Positions 27,605 through 41,596 are shown, numbered from the stretch's first letter. The stretch: DNA of 64,000 nt from Eledone cirrhosa (GCA_964016885.1 OZ024742.1:309814001-309878000); one strand, 5' to 3'. Notes: generated by a model not told the origin, from the letters alone. Numbers and translations are program-made.

Positions 27605-29673
27605 GGCAGGGTGGTGGTCGCATACTGTCTATATGCATCAGCTTCGGCTTCTACCCATGGGAAGTCAGGTCTTCTGTATTACTGTGTAACGCCAGAGGTC
27701 TCCCCACTCCAAGACTTCCATCAACTTTTAGTGCTCTGCACCCTTTTATGCTGCTGTCATCCTTCATATGCATCACATTTGTATGTACATATGTACGGTG
27801 AGGCAAACAAACAAGCTTTGTTTTATTCCTGTGAAATAATGTGTTTCGGGATAACAAATCTCCAGCTATTAAAAAAAATGACCTTAAAATTCTGAAATGA
27901 TTTTCATTTATTCTTCAAGGAATATACCTTTATTTACAACTTAACTAACTAAAAATATTAACTTGAATAAGATTTGCTGTTCATAATAATATTATACAAA
28001 CGCATTTAGTCTTTGGAAATGAAAAACTATAATAACACGAAGTCTTACCGTCTAAGATACTTTTATAAGAATAAGTGACATGTGGTTAAATAAATTTCCT
28101 GATAAAAATAAAGCCGTGAGTGAAAAGATTTGACAAACTCTGGTTTAAAATAAAACCTGTCGTTCATATCTTTCGTCTGTCCAGTGTATTCAACGTCAGT
28201 AAATTAAAATATTTCTCGAATAATTTTTAGATTTCAAAGTACTTAGTGTGAAGAACTCTGGAGTGTTTACTCATACACTCCCTATGCAAAGTTTAGATGT
28301 TTTCCAGCGGAAATACCTTAACGTTTGGTTATAAATCCTAGGCAAATTAGCTCAGGTATGTATATATATATAAACAATAACTTTAAAAAGTGTATGTCAA
28401 GTAATTCCATTTTAGAATTACTTCCTAAACTGGATTTTGTTTCTACCATGTCTAAAAATGTTCCTGACAATCATTCTAACTTCGGTTGGAAACGAAGAAA
28501 GTTCCTCAACGTTGCACAGAATCAGATCATTCTTAAATGCACAATAATCGAAGAACCGCTGTACTCACTGGCTCGTATTTACAATATTTGTCGATTTAGA
28601 ATAACATAAAGAAATCTGCCATTAAACCCAAGCGCTTGGAATTTATGTTAAAACATAGTGTTTATTTCATATAAAAAATGTGCATTGTTGATTGTACTAT
28701 AGGAAAGTCTTCCAATTAATTTTACTACAAGAATCGCATTGAAAATTATTGAATAAATAAATCTCGTGTTTTCTCTTAGTTTCCAGTTCATTAAATATGT
28801 ATAGATATTAACTGACCGTAATTTTGTTTAAATAAATGGAAATAAACTATAGCTCATGTAAAGTATGCAATATATGGAAGACATCTAAATATACCGCTGA
28901 ATATCATTTACACAAATTGTCTTTGGTTTTGTCTAAAATAAAGACAAAAGGTTAAAAAATAGGACGGATGATTTATGAATTAAGCAAGCCAAAAACATAG
29001 TTGAGTTGGCTTTCATATAATGGAAAGTTGTTGAGTAATAATAGTGCTCGCTCGCAAATGATTTCTTATATATAGTTAAATTAGATTGTATTTTAAATTA
29101 TTCCGTTGAATATGGTACTCTAAATTATTTTTAGAGATATTTACAAGTTTTTTTTTTAAATTGTGCTACGCTAGAGTAATATCGATGAACGAGAGTCACC
29201 ACTTATATATATATATATATATATATATATGCATGTATGAGGGCGGTGGATTGGCAGAATCGGTAGAGCGTCGGACAACATGCTTTATGGCATAGGGTTA
29301 CGCCCCTTTACGATCTGAGCTTAAATCCTGCCGAGGTTAACTTTGCCTTTCATCTTTACTGGATCAATAAAATAAAGTACCATTAAGGCACTGGAGTTAT
29401 TTAATCAACTTTCCCCTTCCTCAAAATTGCTGGCCTTGTGCCTAAATCAGAAACCAATATATGTATAATGTATAGCGGTTCAATTTTTAGGAAAAATTAA
29501 AACTTAAATGATATATTTATGAACAAGATTTATATACGTTACTATGTTAAACTGCAACAACACCAACCACCAACCGACGAATGGCTCACGTGCTGTTGAC
29601 AGAGATCAGGCTCTCATTGGGTAATTCACTTTTGACAGAGACAATCCCAGGTTAAATGTAATATAAAATAACA

Positions 29674-29710
<37 letters not shown>

Positions 29711-29719
29711 TATATATAT

Positions 29720-29752
<33 letters not shown>

Positions 29753-29780
29753 CCCCACACTAACAAACACACACACACAC

Positions 29781-29811
<31 letters not shown>

Positions 29812-29960
29812 AATATATACGTCAAGTGCGGTAGTATCAATAGGATGTTGGTCTTATCGCGTCTATCAGGGAACATGAAAGCCACTAACCAAAGTATGGT
29901 ACATGCTGATACCAAGGCATTTCGATAGCATATTACGACTGATATATATATATATATACA

Positions 29961-30029
<69 letters not shown>

Positions 30030-30303
30030 ATGTATATATATGTATACATATATATATGTATGTATACATATATACGTATACATATATACGTATACATATA
30101 TATGTATGCATATATATACATGTATGTATATATATGTATATATATATACATATATACGCACACATGTATATATATATATCTCTATATATATATATATTTA
30201 TTTATTTAAAAAAAAGGAAAAGAATGACTTCACTTGTAGTTCTAAACAATTTGATTTATTTTTATATTATAATATTATGGGTTGACATAAATATTCATAT
30301 ATG

Positions 30304-30363
<60 letters not shown>

Positions 30364-30937
30364 CATTCACGCATATATATATGCACACACACACACACAC
30401 ATACACATGCACACATAAAATAAAACATGAATCAACAAAAAGCGAGAAAAAATTCACAAACATATATTCTAAAGGGTACTAACAAAATGGACATTATTTC
30501 GTTGGTCGGGATGTCTAAAACAAACTAATGAGCCATCTTGGCATTCGGCCAGGCTATCACGAGACCAAAAAATTTACAAGACATACTAATAGGAGAGAAA
30601 TATTTGTATATATATGTATGGCTAAAGTTAAATGTCATTTGATTCCACGACAAATTCACGGCAGCCATTTTAAGTACATGGTAATATTTAAAGTTTTGTT
30701 CTTGAAACTCTTCAGACCCCTTATCTTTTCTGCATATTCAAACACCGTCATTTTGGCACTTGCATTTCCGTTTATTTATTTATTTATCTATTTATTTATT
30801 TGTCTTTCTACTTATATATGTATGCGTGTTTTCCAAACGGATATGAAAAAAACATACAAGCATACATATATAGATACATATAAATATACATATATACATA
30901 CAAACACATATACGTACACACACACACACACAAACAG

Positions 30938-30988
<51 letters not shown>

Positions 30989-31040
30989 CATGTGCGTGTG
31001 TACATATACAAATACACCCCCTACACACACATATATATAT

Positions 31041-31119
<79 letters not shown>

Positions 31120-31384
31120 CATACATACATGCATATATATATATATATATATGGAGAATAGGATGGCTGTGTAGTTGCTAGTTAAGGTAGGCTTACAAAA
31201 AATATAATAATAAGAAGAAAGCATGAACGGTGGGGGTGGGGGGTTTCCTCATCAGTTGTCTACTGAGGGTCTCGGATATTTCAACGCTTTAAAGACAATA
31301 TTTTCTACCCCCAGAGCGTTCAATAACTGGGTAAGTTATTGGGAAAACGGAGGAGAGAGGAAAGGAAAATAGAAGGGAATATAT

Positions 31385-31415
<31 letters not shown>

Positions 31416-32471
31416 TATATATGTATGTATGTGTGTGTGTGTGTGTGTATGCGTGAGTGAATAATAATATCATAATACTACCATAATATTATTAATATTT
31501 GGTTTGGTTGTAAGCAAATGGCCTCATTAGATACCCTGTTTTAGATGACTAATCCTTTTGTTATATATAAATTGCCAAGTTGATTACTGATGAACTTTAA
31601 TATATATTATAATTAATATATATTATTGAGAACATCCGATTTAACTATTCCTTATAAATATTGTAGCAGATCGTATCAACGCCAAACCATTTTTGATGTG
31701 GAAGATATAGTACTTTTCTTCAGTTGCAAAATAATTTTATAAGTCGACTGGTCCATTGTAAAACACACACCATTCCACATTAATGATTTCAGAAGGATCG
31801 AGCTTGCTACACACACACACACACACGCAGCACGCACACACACACACATTCACGCACACACACACACACACATACAAACAAATATATATATATATATGTT
31901 ATTTAGTTGAAAATTTGTTGATCAAATAATCTGCCGGCTTTATCGTAAACTTAGGATTTTCTCTGCAAGGTATCAACCGGAGTTTTAATATAGTAAATAA
32001 GAGGGACGGTTTTATTCGTACATCTTCATTTTATTACATATGGAATTATGTAATAAAATGGAGATATACGAATAAAATGTTCTCTCTTATACATATATAT
32101 ATATATATGCATATATAGCCTGCACAGCTCCACACTTAGGTACCTGACTATACATAAAATTACAGAAAACACAAGGCAGTATTGGTAGAGCGTCAGACAC
32201 CATGCTTTGCAGCATAGAGTTACGACTCTTTACGTTCTGAGTTCAAATCCCGCCGAAGTTAACTTTGCTTTATCGGGGTCGATAAGATAATGTATCAGTA
32301 ATGCACTGGGGTAAGTGCTGGCCTTGTGTCAAAAAGTAGAAACAATTATCTATTTAATCAAATTAAATGTTCGTATAGAGCTAGTAAGCCATGGCTGACT
32401 AGGTGACGTATTTATTTCCTTCCCAATTAAGAGATAAAAACAAGAGAGAGAGAGAGAGCTGGATAGGAAGG

Positions 32472-32557
<86 letters not shown>

Positions 32558-33340
32558 AAAAATGTGGAAAACAAGAACATCTATAAAGTTAAATGTTTCT
32601 CTTGAATATTTTCGTAGCCTCCATGTTGAATATTTTCGCAGTCTCCATGTATTGAAAGATCTTGCTAATAGTTGGTTGATCCTTGACAATATATTGCACC
32701 ACTAATGTTGGTGGCGTTTTAAATATCAGCTTCAAAATGTTCTTTCTTTCAAACTAGTAGATTTTACATTGGAAAACTCATTGTGTATTAAAAACGGTTG
32801 CGAATCAAAGATTATATTAGTTTGACATACGAGGTTTTTATTCGGAATGACCTTTTAGACATGCTGCCTTCGCCACAACTAAAATGTACAAGTCTACCTA
32901 TCTCTCTCAGTGGCCATGTCTCCGTGCATTATATATAGATGTATGTATAGACCTGGAACTCCTGATGGAGTCGTCAGAACACCTAAAATTTGGCAGAGTC
33001 CTTACCCTCAACATGTCCGACCACATTGATTTCCTCCAGAGAAGGAGAGAAAGAGTGCAAGATGGAGGAAATGTGAAACAGATGTAGGAGAAGAATCGGC
33101 GGTACTATTGGATTGCTACTACATTTATCGACCTCGAAAGCATGAAAGACAAAGTTGGCCTCTGCGGAATTTGAACTCAAAGAGCAGAGATCCCCGGAAC
33201 GAATACCACAATGTATTCTCTAACAACTCTGCCATTTCGTATATGTATATATACATATACATACATACGTTATATACATACATGCACAGACACACACACA
33301 CGCATATATATACACACACACACACACACATATATATATG

Positions 33341-33437
<97 letters not shown>

Positions 33438-33509
33438 GTTTACATATATATATATAAACATATATATATATATGTATATATAAGTATATACATATATATA
33501 TATACATAT

Positions 33510-33584
<75 letters not shown>

Positions 33585-33703
33585 TGTATGTAACATAGCT
33601 ACATACATACATGCAATTGTATGAATTATGACAAGAGGTTGATGTTCTCTAGTTATGAATATATGTGGATACACAGACACATATACACACACGCAAACAC
33701 ATG

Positions 33704-33735
<32 letters not shown>

Positions 33736-33865
33736 CATGCATACATATACATATATACATATACATACATGCATACGTACATACATACATATACATATAT
33801 AAATACATACATATATATTCACATGCACGTACATGCAAACGTAACCACACACATACACACACACA

Positions 33866-34001
<136 letters not shown>

Positions 34002-34258
34002 ATACATATAGCAGGAAGTGTAATTGACATCTGTTAGGGTATAAAACACACAAAAGGCGGGAAAAACTTATGAGACGACATCGTCTGGAATTGAAACAAC
34101 TGTGACGACTATGGGTTATTTAGACCAGCTGCACAAATACACTCTTAATTCACACACATGTACACATGTAGACATACACAGATTTCAGCAAGACACTTCA
34201 TTTCCAATGCGACTGGCATACACACACATACACACACACACATACACACATACATATA

Positions 34259-34416
34259 TAGTGAAATCTGTTATAACGAAATCACGGAGTATAATAAAAA
34301 GATTCGTTGTAACGAAAAATTCTTTATAACGAGATCGACCTAAGACATCGAGCGTGTGGCCGGAGATTGAAAAAAATTTCGTTATAATGGAATACGTTAT
34401 AACGGAATTTTACCTG
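34259..34416. mobile_element. pogo/Tigger-like MITE
   Basis: Ends gtgaaatctgttataacg / cgttataacggaattttacctg-TA. A second copy lies at 41597-41762. Confidence 0.65.
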
Positions 34417-34483
34417 TATATATATTTATATATGTTTATATATATATATATATATATTTACATACAGACATACACATATATAT

Positions 34484-34589
<106 letters not shown>

Positions 34590-34613
34590 TATATAAATAT
34601 ATATATATATATA

Positions 34614-34806
34614 AAGAAGGAAGTGTGGTAAGGAACCAGATGGAACACAACGCTCCAGAGTACTCAATACTTAGGGTAGTAGACTGAGTAATAGGAAAAT
34701 GTTTAACCCCGACGGCAGAGCTCAAACCGTTTCGACGGCTATTTCTGGACTCCAGAAATAGCTGTCGAAACGGCTTGAGCTCTGTCGTCGGGGTTAAACA
34801 TTTTCC

Positions 34807-34809
<3 letters not shown>
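34614..34809 (-). mobile_element. Fold-back family A element
   Basis: Family tail plus roughly 59-bp arms centred on tggactcca. Confidence 0.8.
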
Positions 34810-34896
<87 letters not shown>

Positions 34897-34945
34897 AGTA
34901 TGTATGTATACGTACATACATATATGTATACAGACGTACAGTAGC

Positions 34946-35010
<65 letters not shown>

Positions 35011-35159
35011 CAGGCACACATATATATATGCACGTATCAGTTTACCGAACATTTATTATAATGTTCGCTTTCTTCGTTTGTAAACAAACGGACAGCCTGA
35101 TTTACGCCGTACAGTGTTCAGGCAACCACGTCACCTTTTTGCTCAACACTGACACAGGA

Positions 35160-35202
35160 ACGATGTACTAGTTTCAAGCTTGTTAGCTATCGTCAGCACC
35201 GT
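35160..35202 (-). ncRNA. Minimal hammerhead ribozyme motif (inverted duplicate of 35355-35397)
   Basis: Minus strand: acggtg-CTGACGA-t-agct(aaca)agct-t-GAAA-ctag-TA-catcgt. Confidence 0.75.
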
Positions 35203-35354
35203 ATACCTTTCTGCCAGGTGGTTGAACGTTCGAAAGTATATACTTTCCTTATGAAAATTAACGGCTGAGCAGCCTAATTTGCATATCGAGTGAGTTCAGT
35301 CGGTCAGGCGCACCGAAAACGATAAATGCAATAGAATGAAACGAAATTTCATAT

Positions 35355-35397
35355 ACGGTGCTGACGATGGCTAACAAGCTTGAAACTAGTACATCGT
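35355..35397 (+). ncRNA. Minimal hammerhead ribozyme motif
   Basis: acggtg-CTGACGA-t-ggct(aaca)agct-t-GAAA-ctag-TA-catcgt. 6-bp stem I, palindromic stem III actagt. Confidence 0.75.
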
Positions 35398-35543
35398 TCC
35401 TGTGTCAGTGTTGAGCAAAAAGGTGACGTGGTTGCCTGAACACTGTACGGCGTAAATCACGCTGTCCGTTTGTTTACAAACGGACAAAGCGAACATTATA
35501 ATAAATGTTCGGTAAACTGATACGTGCATATATATATGTGTGC

Positions 35544-35583
<40 letters not shown>

Positions 35584-36150
35584 GCTACTGTACGTCTGTA
35601 TACATATATGTATGTACGTATACATACACACTTACATTTAAGTGAGTGCGTACTAAGAGTGAGAAATGAAATTTCGTTTCATTCTATTCCATTTATATAT
35701 ATATGAGGAAACGATCGACTTTCGTCAAATCGGACCGAAGGAACAATGTTTCCGTCGGTCTTTCCAATTGCTAATACTATCTATCGGTCGCAACTCCAGG
35801 TAGAAGGAGCAACGTGAAATAAAGTGTCTTGCTCAAGGACATAACGCATCGCCTGGTCCTGGAATCGAACTCACAAGCTTACAATTGCGAATCCAATTCT
35901 CTAACCACTCCGCCACACGCCTTCATATATATATCAAACATTTTCCCGCTCTACATGGCCGAATACAATAAATGTAATCTGAGTTTTTCGAATATTAATA
36001 ATAACATTCGATTCGTTTGCAATTATTCAAACAAGCCTCATTTTTAAAGCCATGTCAGTAGAATGAACCTTTTAAAAATGAGGCTTGTTTGCTTGTTTGC
36101 ATAATTGCAAACGAATCGAATGTTATTATTAATATTAAAAAAACTCAGAT

Positions 36151-36236
<86 letters not shown>

Positions 36237-36294
36237 AGCAAATTATAAATGTAAACATATAAGTATGTTTTTGAAACGGTGCGCGAGTTTGAAA

Positions 36295-36522
36295 ATTAGA
36301 AATTAGAAATTATAAGCTTTCACCGTATTTTAGACTAAAGAAATTTCTAGCCTGATAGTGGGGTTTATAACCCTCGGAGAAATGGAAAAAGATGAGTGTT
36401 GCCGTACATGTACGGCAACACTCATCTTTTTCCATTTCTCCGAGGGTTATAAACCCCACTATCAGGCTAGAAATTTCTTTAGTCTAAAATACGGTGAAAG
36501 CTTATAATTTCTAATTTCTAAT
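36295..36522. repeat. Perfect 228-bp palindrome (114-bp arms, no spacer)
   Basis: Centre gtaca|tgtac at 36408/36409. The arms matched base by base on manual comparison. Confidence 0.9.
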
Positions 36523-36734
36523 ATATATATATAGTAATAATAATAAATTTGAAGACTAAAATCCAAAGAGGGCTCGATAAGGATAAATATATATCAAATA
36601 TATAAGAACCGTAGAACAAATATTTATTAAAATAACAGATTAAAGTTTAAGCAAAGAATCGCTGTTAAGGGTGAAAGCAGCGATTCTTTGCTTAAACTTT
36701 AATCTGTTATTTTAATAAATATATATATATATAT

Positions 36735-36931
36735 AACGAAGGAAATGTGGTAAGGAACCAGGTGGACCATAACGCACCAAAGTACTCAATACTTAGGGTA
36801 GTAGAGTGGGTAATAGGAACCAGTAAGACCCCGACGGCTGAGCTCAAGCCGTTTCGACGGCTAATTCCGGACTCTGGAGTCCAGAATTAGCCGTCGAAAC
36901 GGCTTGCTCAACTATCGGGGTCTTAGTGGTT

Positions 36932-36935
<4 letters not shown>
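36735..36935 (-). mobile_element. Fold-back family A element
   Basis: Family tail plus a palindrome centred on ggactctggagtcc. Confidence 0.8.
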
Positions 36936-36992
<57 letters not shown>

Positions 36993-37113
36993 GTATATGC
37001 ACGCATACACACATATATGTGTATGCGAACGTGTGTGTGAGTGTGTGTGTGTGTATGAAGTAAAAGATAAACGAACACACACACATATATATCTATATAT
37101 CTATATATCTATA

Positions 37114-37179
<66 letters not shown>

Positions 37180-37720
37180 GATATACAGATATACTGATAT
37201 ACAGATATATACGTGGATAGAGAAGAATGCAAGAAAGACTGAGAGAGTAGGAGAGTTAGGGGTCGAGGGATTGGACAAGATTAACTCATAATATGACAAT
37301 TCAAGAAAATATGTATCCTATATATATATTATGTAGAACTATTTAATAATTAATGAAATATAATAATTTGACGATATAAACATGGCTTCAATTACTCTAG
37401 TATTTGTTTCTATGAGTCTACATGGCAAACAGATATATAAACACATATGTACGTATACACATACATACAAATATATATATATATATACACTCATGCACAC
37501 ATACATATAAACATACATATATACAAACATATATAAACACTCATACATACACACAAAAGTATATACAAACATTTATACACACGCATGCACACACATATAT
37601 AAACATACTTACACACGTATACATACATATATGCATACATACATAAGTACATTCCTACAAATATACATACGTTCATACGTAAGTACATACTTAAATACAT
37701 AAACGCAAGCATGCATAGTT

Positions 37721-37802
<82 letters not shown>

Positions 37803-37934
37803 GTATGCACACATGCATAATAAACACACACACGTACATACATGAATATAAACACACAGATACATATACATACAAACACAAACAGAACACACACAAAAAA
37901 GCCCACAAACTCGGCTGAAGCGTGTGCATACACA

Positions 37935-38051
<117 letters not shown>

Positions 38052-38322
38052 CTATTTAGAATTATTTATATACATATGTATGTATTCATCTTTCTTTACA
38101 TTCTCATCCTCTCTTTACACACATTTTTACGTATAGAACACGCGTGTTTTTATATGTTATATACATACATACATAGTTACGTCCCTTTACGATCTGATTT
38201 CAAATCCCGCCGAGGTTGACTTTGTCTTTCATCCTTACGGGGTCGATAAAATAAAGTACCAGTAATGCACTGGATAATTTGCTGGCCTTGTGCCTAAAGT
38301 AGAAACAATTATATATATATAG

Positions 38323-38539
38323 TGAAGGCGTGTGGCTGAGTCGTTAGAGAATTGGATTCGCAATCGTAAGGTTGTGAGTTCGATTCCTGGACCAGGCGGT
38401 GCGTTATGTCCTTGAGCAAGACACTTTATTTCACGTTGCTCCTTCTACCTGGAGTTGCGACCGATAGATAGTATTAGCAATTGGAAAGACCAACGGAAAC
38501 ATTGTTCCCTCGGTCCGATTTGACGAAAGTCGATCGTTC

Positions 38540-38541
<2 letters not shown>
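38323..38541 (+). mobile_element. tRNA-derived SINE, short-tail subfamily
   Basis: Family-1 head fused to the tail ttctacctggagttgcgaccgatag...gtcgatcgttcc. Copies at 14354-14570 (+), 18001-18190 (+) and 35706-35922 (-). Confidence 0.8.
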
Positions 38542-38585
<44 letters not shown>

Positions 38586-38636
38586 GTATATATATAACGA
38601 AAAAACACTTTCGAATTGTGAGGCATATATATATAC

Positions 38637-38717
<81 letters not shown>

Positions 38718-38740
38718 CACATATATATATATATATATTA

Positions 38741-38773
<33 letters not shown>

Positions 38774-38811
38774 CGTATATATATATATATATATATATAC
38801 ATATATATATG

Positions 38812-38887
<76 letters not shown>

Positions 38888-39135
38888 AGATATTAGTTGA
38901 AAAATGATAATAATAACTGTTTCTACTTTTGGCACAAGGCCAGCAAATTACCGAGTGTATTACTGGTACTTTATTTTATCGACCCCGTAAGGATGAAAGG
39001 CAAAGTTAACCTCGGCGGGATTTGAACTCAGAATGGCAAGGGCCGTAACTCTATGCGTCAAAGCATGGCGTCCGAGCCCCTACCGATACTGCCAATCCAT
39101 CGCAATAACGAAGGCAAGTTATTTTACATGTCATT

Positions 39136-39255
39136 GCTTTACGATCGTTTCGGAGGGTTGATCATATTGATATATTGACGTATCTCTAGCAGTTGGAGAA
39201 CTGTATACTATTAGACATAATATATAGGTTCGATCATACCGTCTTCTTCGGAAAC
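39136..39255 (-). ncRNA. Hammerhead ribozyme-like motif, degenerate core, long stem II
   Basis: Minus strand: gttt-CCGAAGA-(long stem II)-GAAA-cgatcg-TA-aagc. Stem I is gttt/aagc and stem III is the palindrome acgatcgt. Core position U4 is changed to C. Confidence 0.55.
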
Positions 39256-40277
39256 AATGAAGTTAGAATCTTTTGGTAGTATATAAACAGGGTAGACATA
39301 AGAATAGATATACCATACAAATATATATTCCAGATTGCCTTCTTTGATTGATAAAGATAGTGGAAGGAGTGTTGTAGGACCTTGTCCCCACTTCCATTTG
39401 AGGAGTAAGTAGACGAAGAAGAAGAAGAAGAAGAAGAAGAAGAAGACGACTTTGATGAAAAGGGAGATAAAAAGATCATAAAAGTTGTGAGTGCCTTGTG
39501 CTTTTCTTCTGAGAAAAGATGTCTTAATTAAGGGATGTTAAGCATTTGTTAAAAGCTGTTTTTACATTGGTGTTCTAATTCAGATATAGGGAAATTACTT
39601 GGTTATTATAAAGTCTATTAGATTAATTTATAAGTTATTGTATTGCTAACTTGAGAAAGCAATATTTAATAAATAATATTTAATAAAAAAAAAAAAAATT
39701 TTGAAGGCATGTCTTGTTTCTTAATCGAGATTATATGTATATACATAAATACATATATAGTAAGGAAAAAATTATTTTTCAAATCCAATGCTGATTTAGG
39801 ATTGGTAGTGAGGTTTGGATAGAGGAAGAAGTTTGTGCTAATTATATAGGTTATTTGGGTTAATTCGTAAGTCATATAGAAATAACAGGTGAATTGTAAT
39901 TCCAATATGGGAAAATATTGAGTGAAAAAAAATTTTCAAGGCTAAAAGTATCCCAGGTTAGGTGATATTTGGTAATTTAAGGTGTATTTAAATTTTAATA
40001 TTGCTTTTAAATATTTATTAGAGTTTAGATAGAAGAATATGATTTTCATTAAGTCAATTTGGTTAGTTAGATTGTAAGTTATTTTGATTAGTTTGGGAGT
40101 CAATAGTATTATTGAAATGAGGAAATACTAAATCCTCTTTTCAAGGATCAGATTAATGCTGATTTAATAACCAACCATCATTTATTATATAGTATATTAT
40201 CTTGGTTAGAATACATTATTTCTAGTTATGCCTCACTTGGTTGAAGAAACTAGTTATGACCATAGGGATTTTAAGTA

Positions 40278-40740
40278 TTAGGTGGGTTTATAGTATTTAA
40301 AAGTTTTCAGGATTTTATGATTACATGAGGTAATCAATTCCTGCTTTTTATATAGTAACCTATCCTTAGATTTCATGATTTGGAACAGTTCCTAAGAATA
40401 TAATTGGCACTTCCTTCTTTCACCTTGATATGAGTTAGTTCTCTTCAGGACACTCTATTTTAGGTTATATGCTATATTTTTCATTTTAAAATTGTTAATA
40501 GTTTCCGCTAGAGAGGTGGTGTTAGCTAATTTAGTATTTTTAAAAGAATGGGTATGGGAATAAAACCTTTTCTTAAATGAATTAGAGTTAGCACCTATGT
40601 AGGATTGTGTAGTGTCCTAGTAATTACCTTACCTTACGCTATACTGCTAATTAACCAATTGCCGTTAAGGGGGGGGGGCAGTTAGCTTTAATCCTACAGT
40701 TGCATCTGTTTGTTTGGGATGTGTTATATAATCTAAGATT
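40278..40740 (-). pseudogene. Penelope-like retroelement GIY-YIG endonuclease domain, decayed
   Basis: Minus-strand translation across stops and frameshifts: CNCRIKANCP-LNGNWL...QSYIGANSNSFKKRFYSHTHSFKNTKLANTTSLAETI...LK*SVLKRTNSY...KCQL...LLYKKQELITSCNH. This matches the PLE pattern CNCR..CPLxGxCL..YIG..FKxR..H..SF..TxL..CxL..LNxRxE..CxH. Confidence 0.8.
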
Positions 40741-41187
40741 ATTATTTATGTTATTACTATTATTTTGTTACTATCATTAATGGTATCATTGCTTGTATTA
40801 GTGTCTATTTCGTTGGTAATGCGACTACTTGAGGATGGTATTATGGATAGAGAATTGCTAGATATTAAGTTTGTTTGCGCTAGATTAGTTGGTGTTGGGA
40901 TGGTTGCTGGTGCATTTTCAATTAAATGACCAGTGGAGGAGTTTATTACATCCCGATGTTTGCTGGATACTTCATTTAGCTGACCTAAGTTAGCAGGTAT
41001 TTTGCAGGTTGTGGATGTGTAGTTAGTATTATTAGATGTGTTTTGATTTACGTTGTGAGTAATATTTGGTGTAAGACCCATTCCGTCTATTTGTGGGGGG
41101 GGGGGGTGATTTTATGGGTGAATTACTTGCTAACTGATTACATTGAGTTCTAACTACGGTATAGACCCTACCACGAATTTGAATTTC

Positions 41188-41580
41188 CCTCCTCTGTGCT
41201 ATTCTCGAACTGACTTTTGGGAGGCTCCCGTACAGTTCTGAGTTCTTCATTTTCAATATATACTGATTAATGTTCAGAGACATCCTCAGCATTCTTGTGT
41301 AGCACTCATCCACCATCTGAGTGAGTTTCTTGGTCAGTGTCCAAGTCTCAGACCCGTACAGCAGCACCGACTCCACTACAGAGTTGACACTGCACTCAGT
41401 GCTCCTGTGGAAGCCCCTGCATGGACACACTGGAAGAGGGAGACCGAGGTTGATATATGTTGATGCCCTAAGGACAGACACTGGTCTCTTGGAGATGCAG
41501 GACATGGCAGCTATGATGAGGGTCAGAGACCGCTGGAGAGAACTCGCCCATGGATAACGAGAATTTTACCCGCCTTAGAT
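41188..41580 (+). mobile_element. RTE-clade LINE 3' fragment with 5' inversion
   Basis: Minus strand 41188-41386 encodes VESVLLYGSETWTLTKK...YTRMLR...LYGSLPKVSSRIAQRR. Plus strand 41387-41557 encodes the downstream VLLWKPLHGHTGRGRP...DTGL...RDRWRE*. Confidence 0.8.
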
Positions 41581-41596
41581 AAATATATAAATATAT

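Larger units (their letters stand above)
34894..35635. repeat. Inverted duplication (about 300-bp arms, about 145-bp spacer), each arm carrying a hammerhead
   Basis: 34894-35205 is the reverse complement of 35352-35635 with few mismatches and a different internal TA-tract length. Confidence 0.85.
39105..41180 (-). mobile_element. Degraded Penelope-like element remnant (N/T-rich linker, GIY-YIG, 3' region with hammerhead-like motif)
   Basis: Surrounds the GIY-YIG remnant. A co-oriented HHR-like motif lies at 39136-39255. Boundaries are approximate. Confidence 0.6.
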
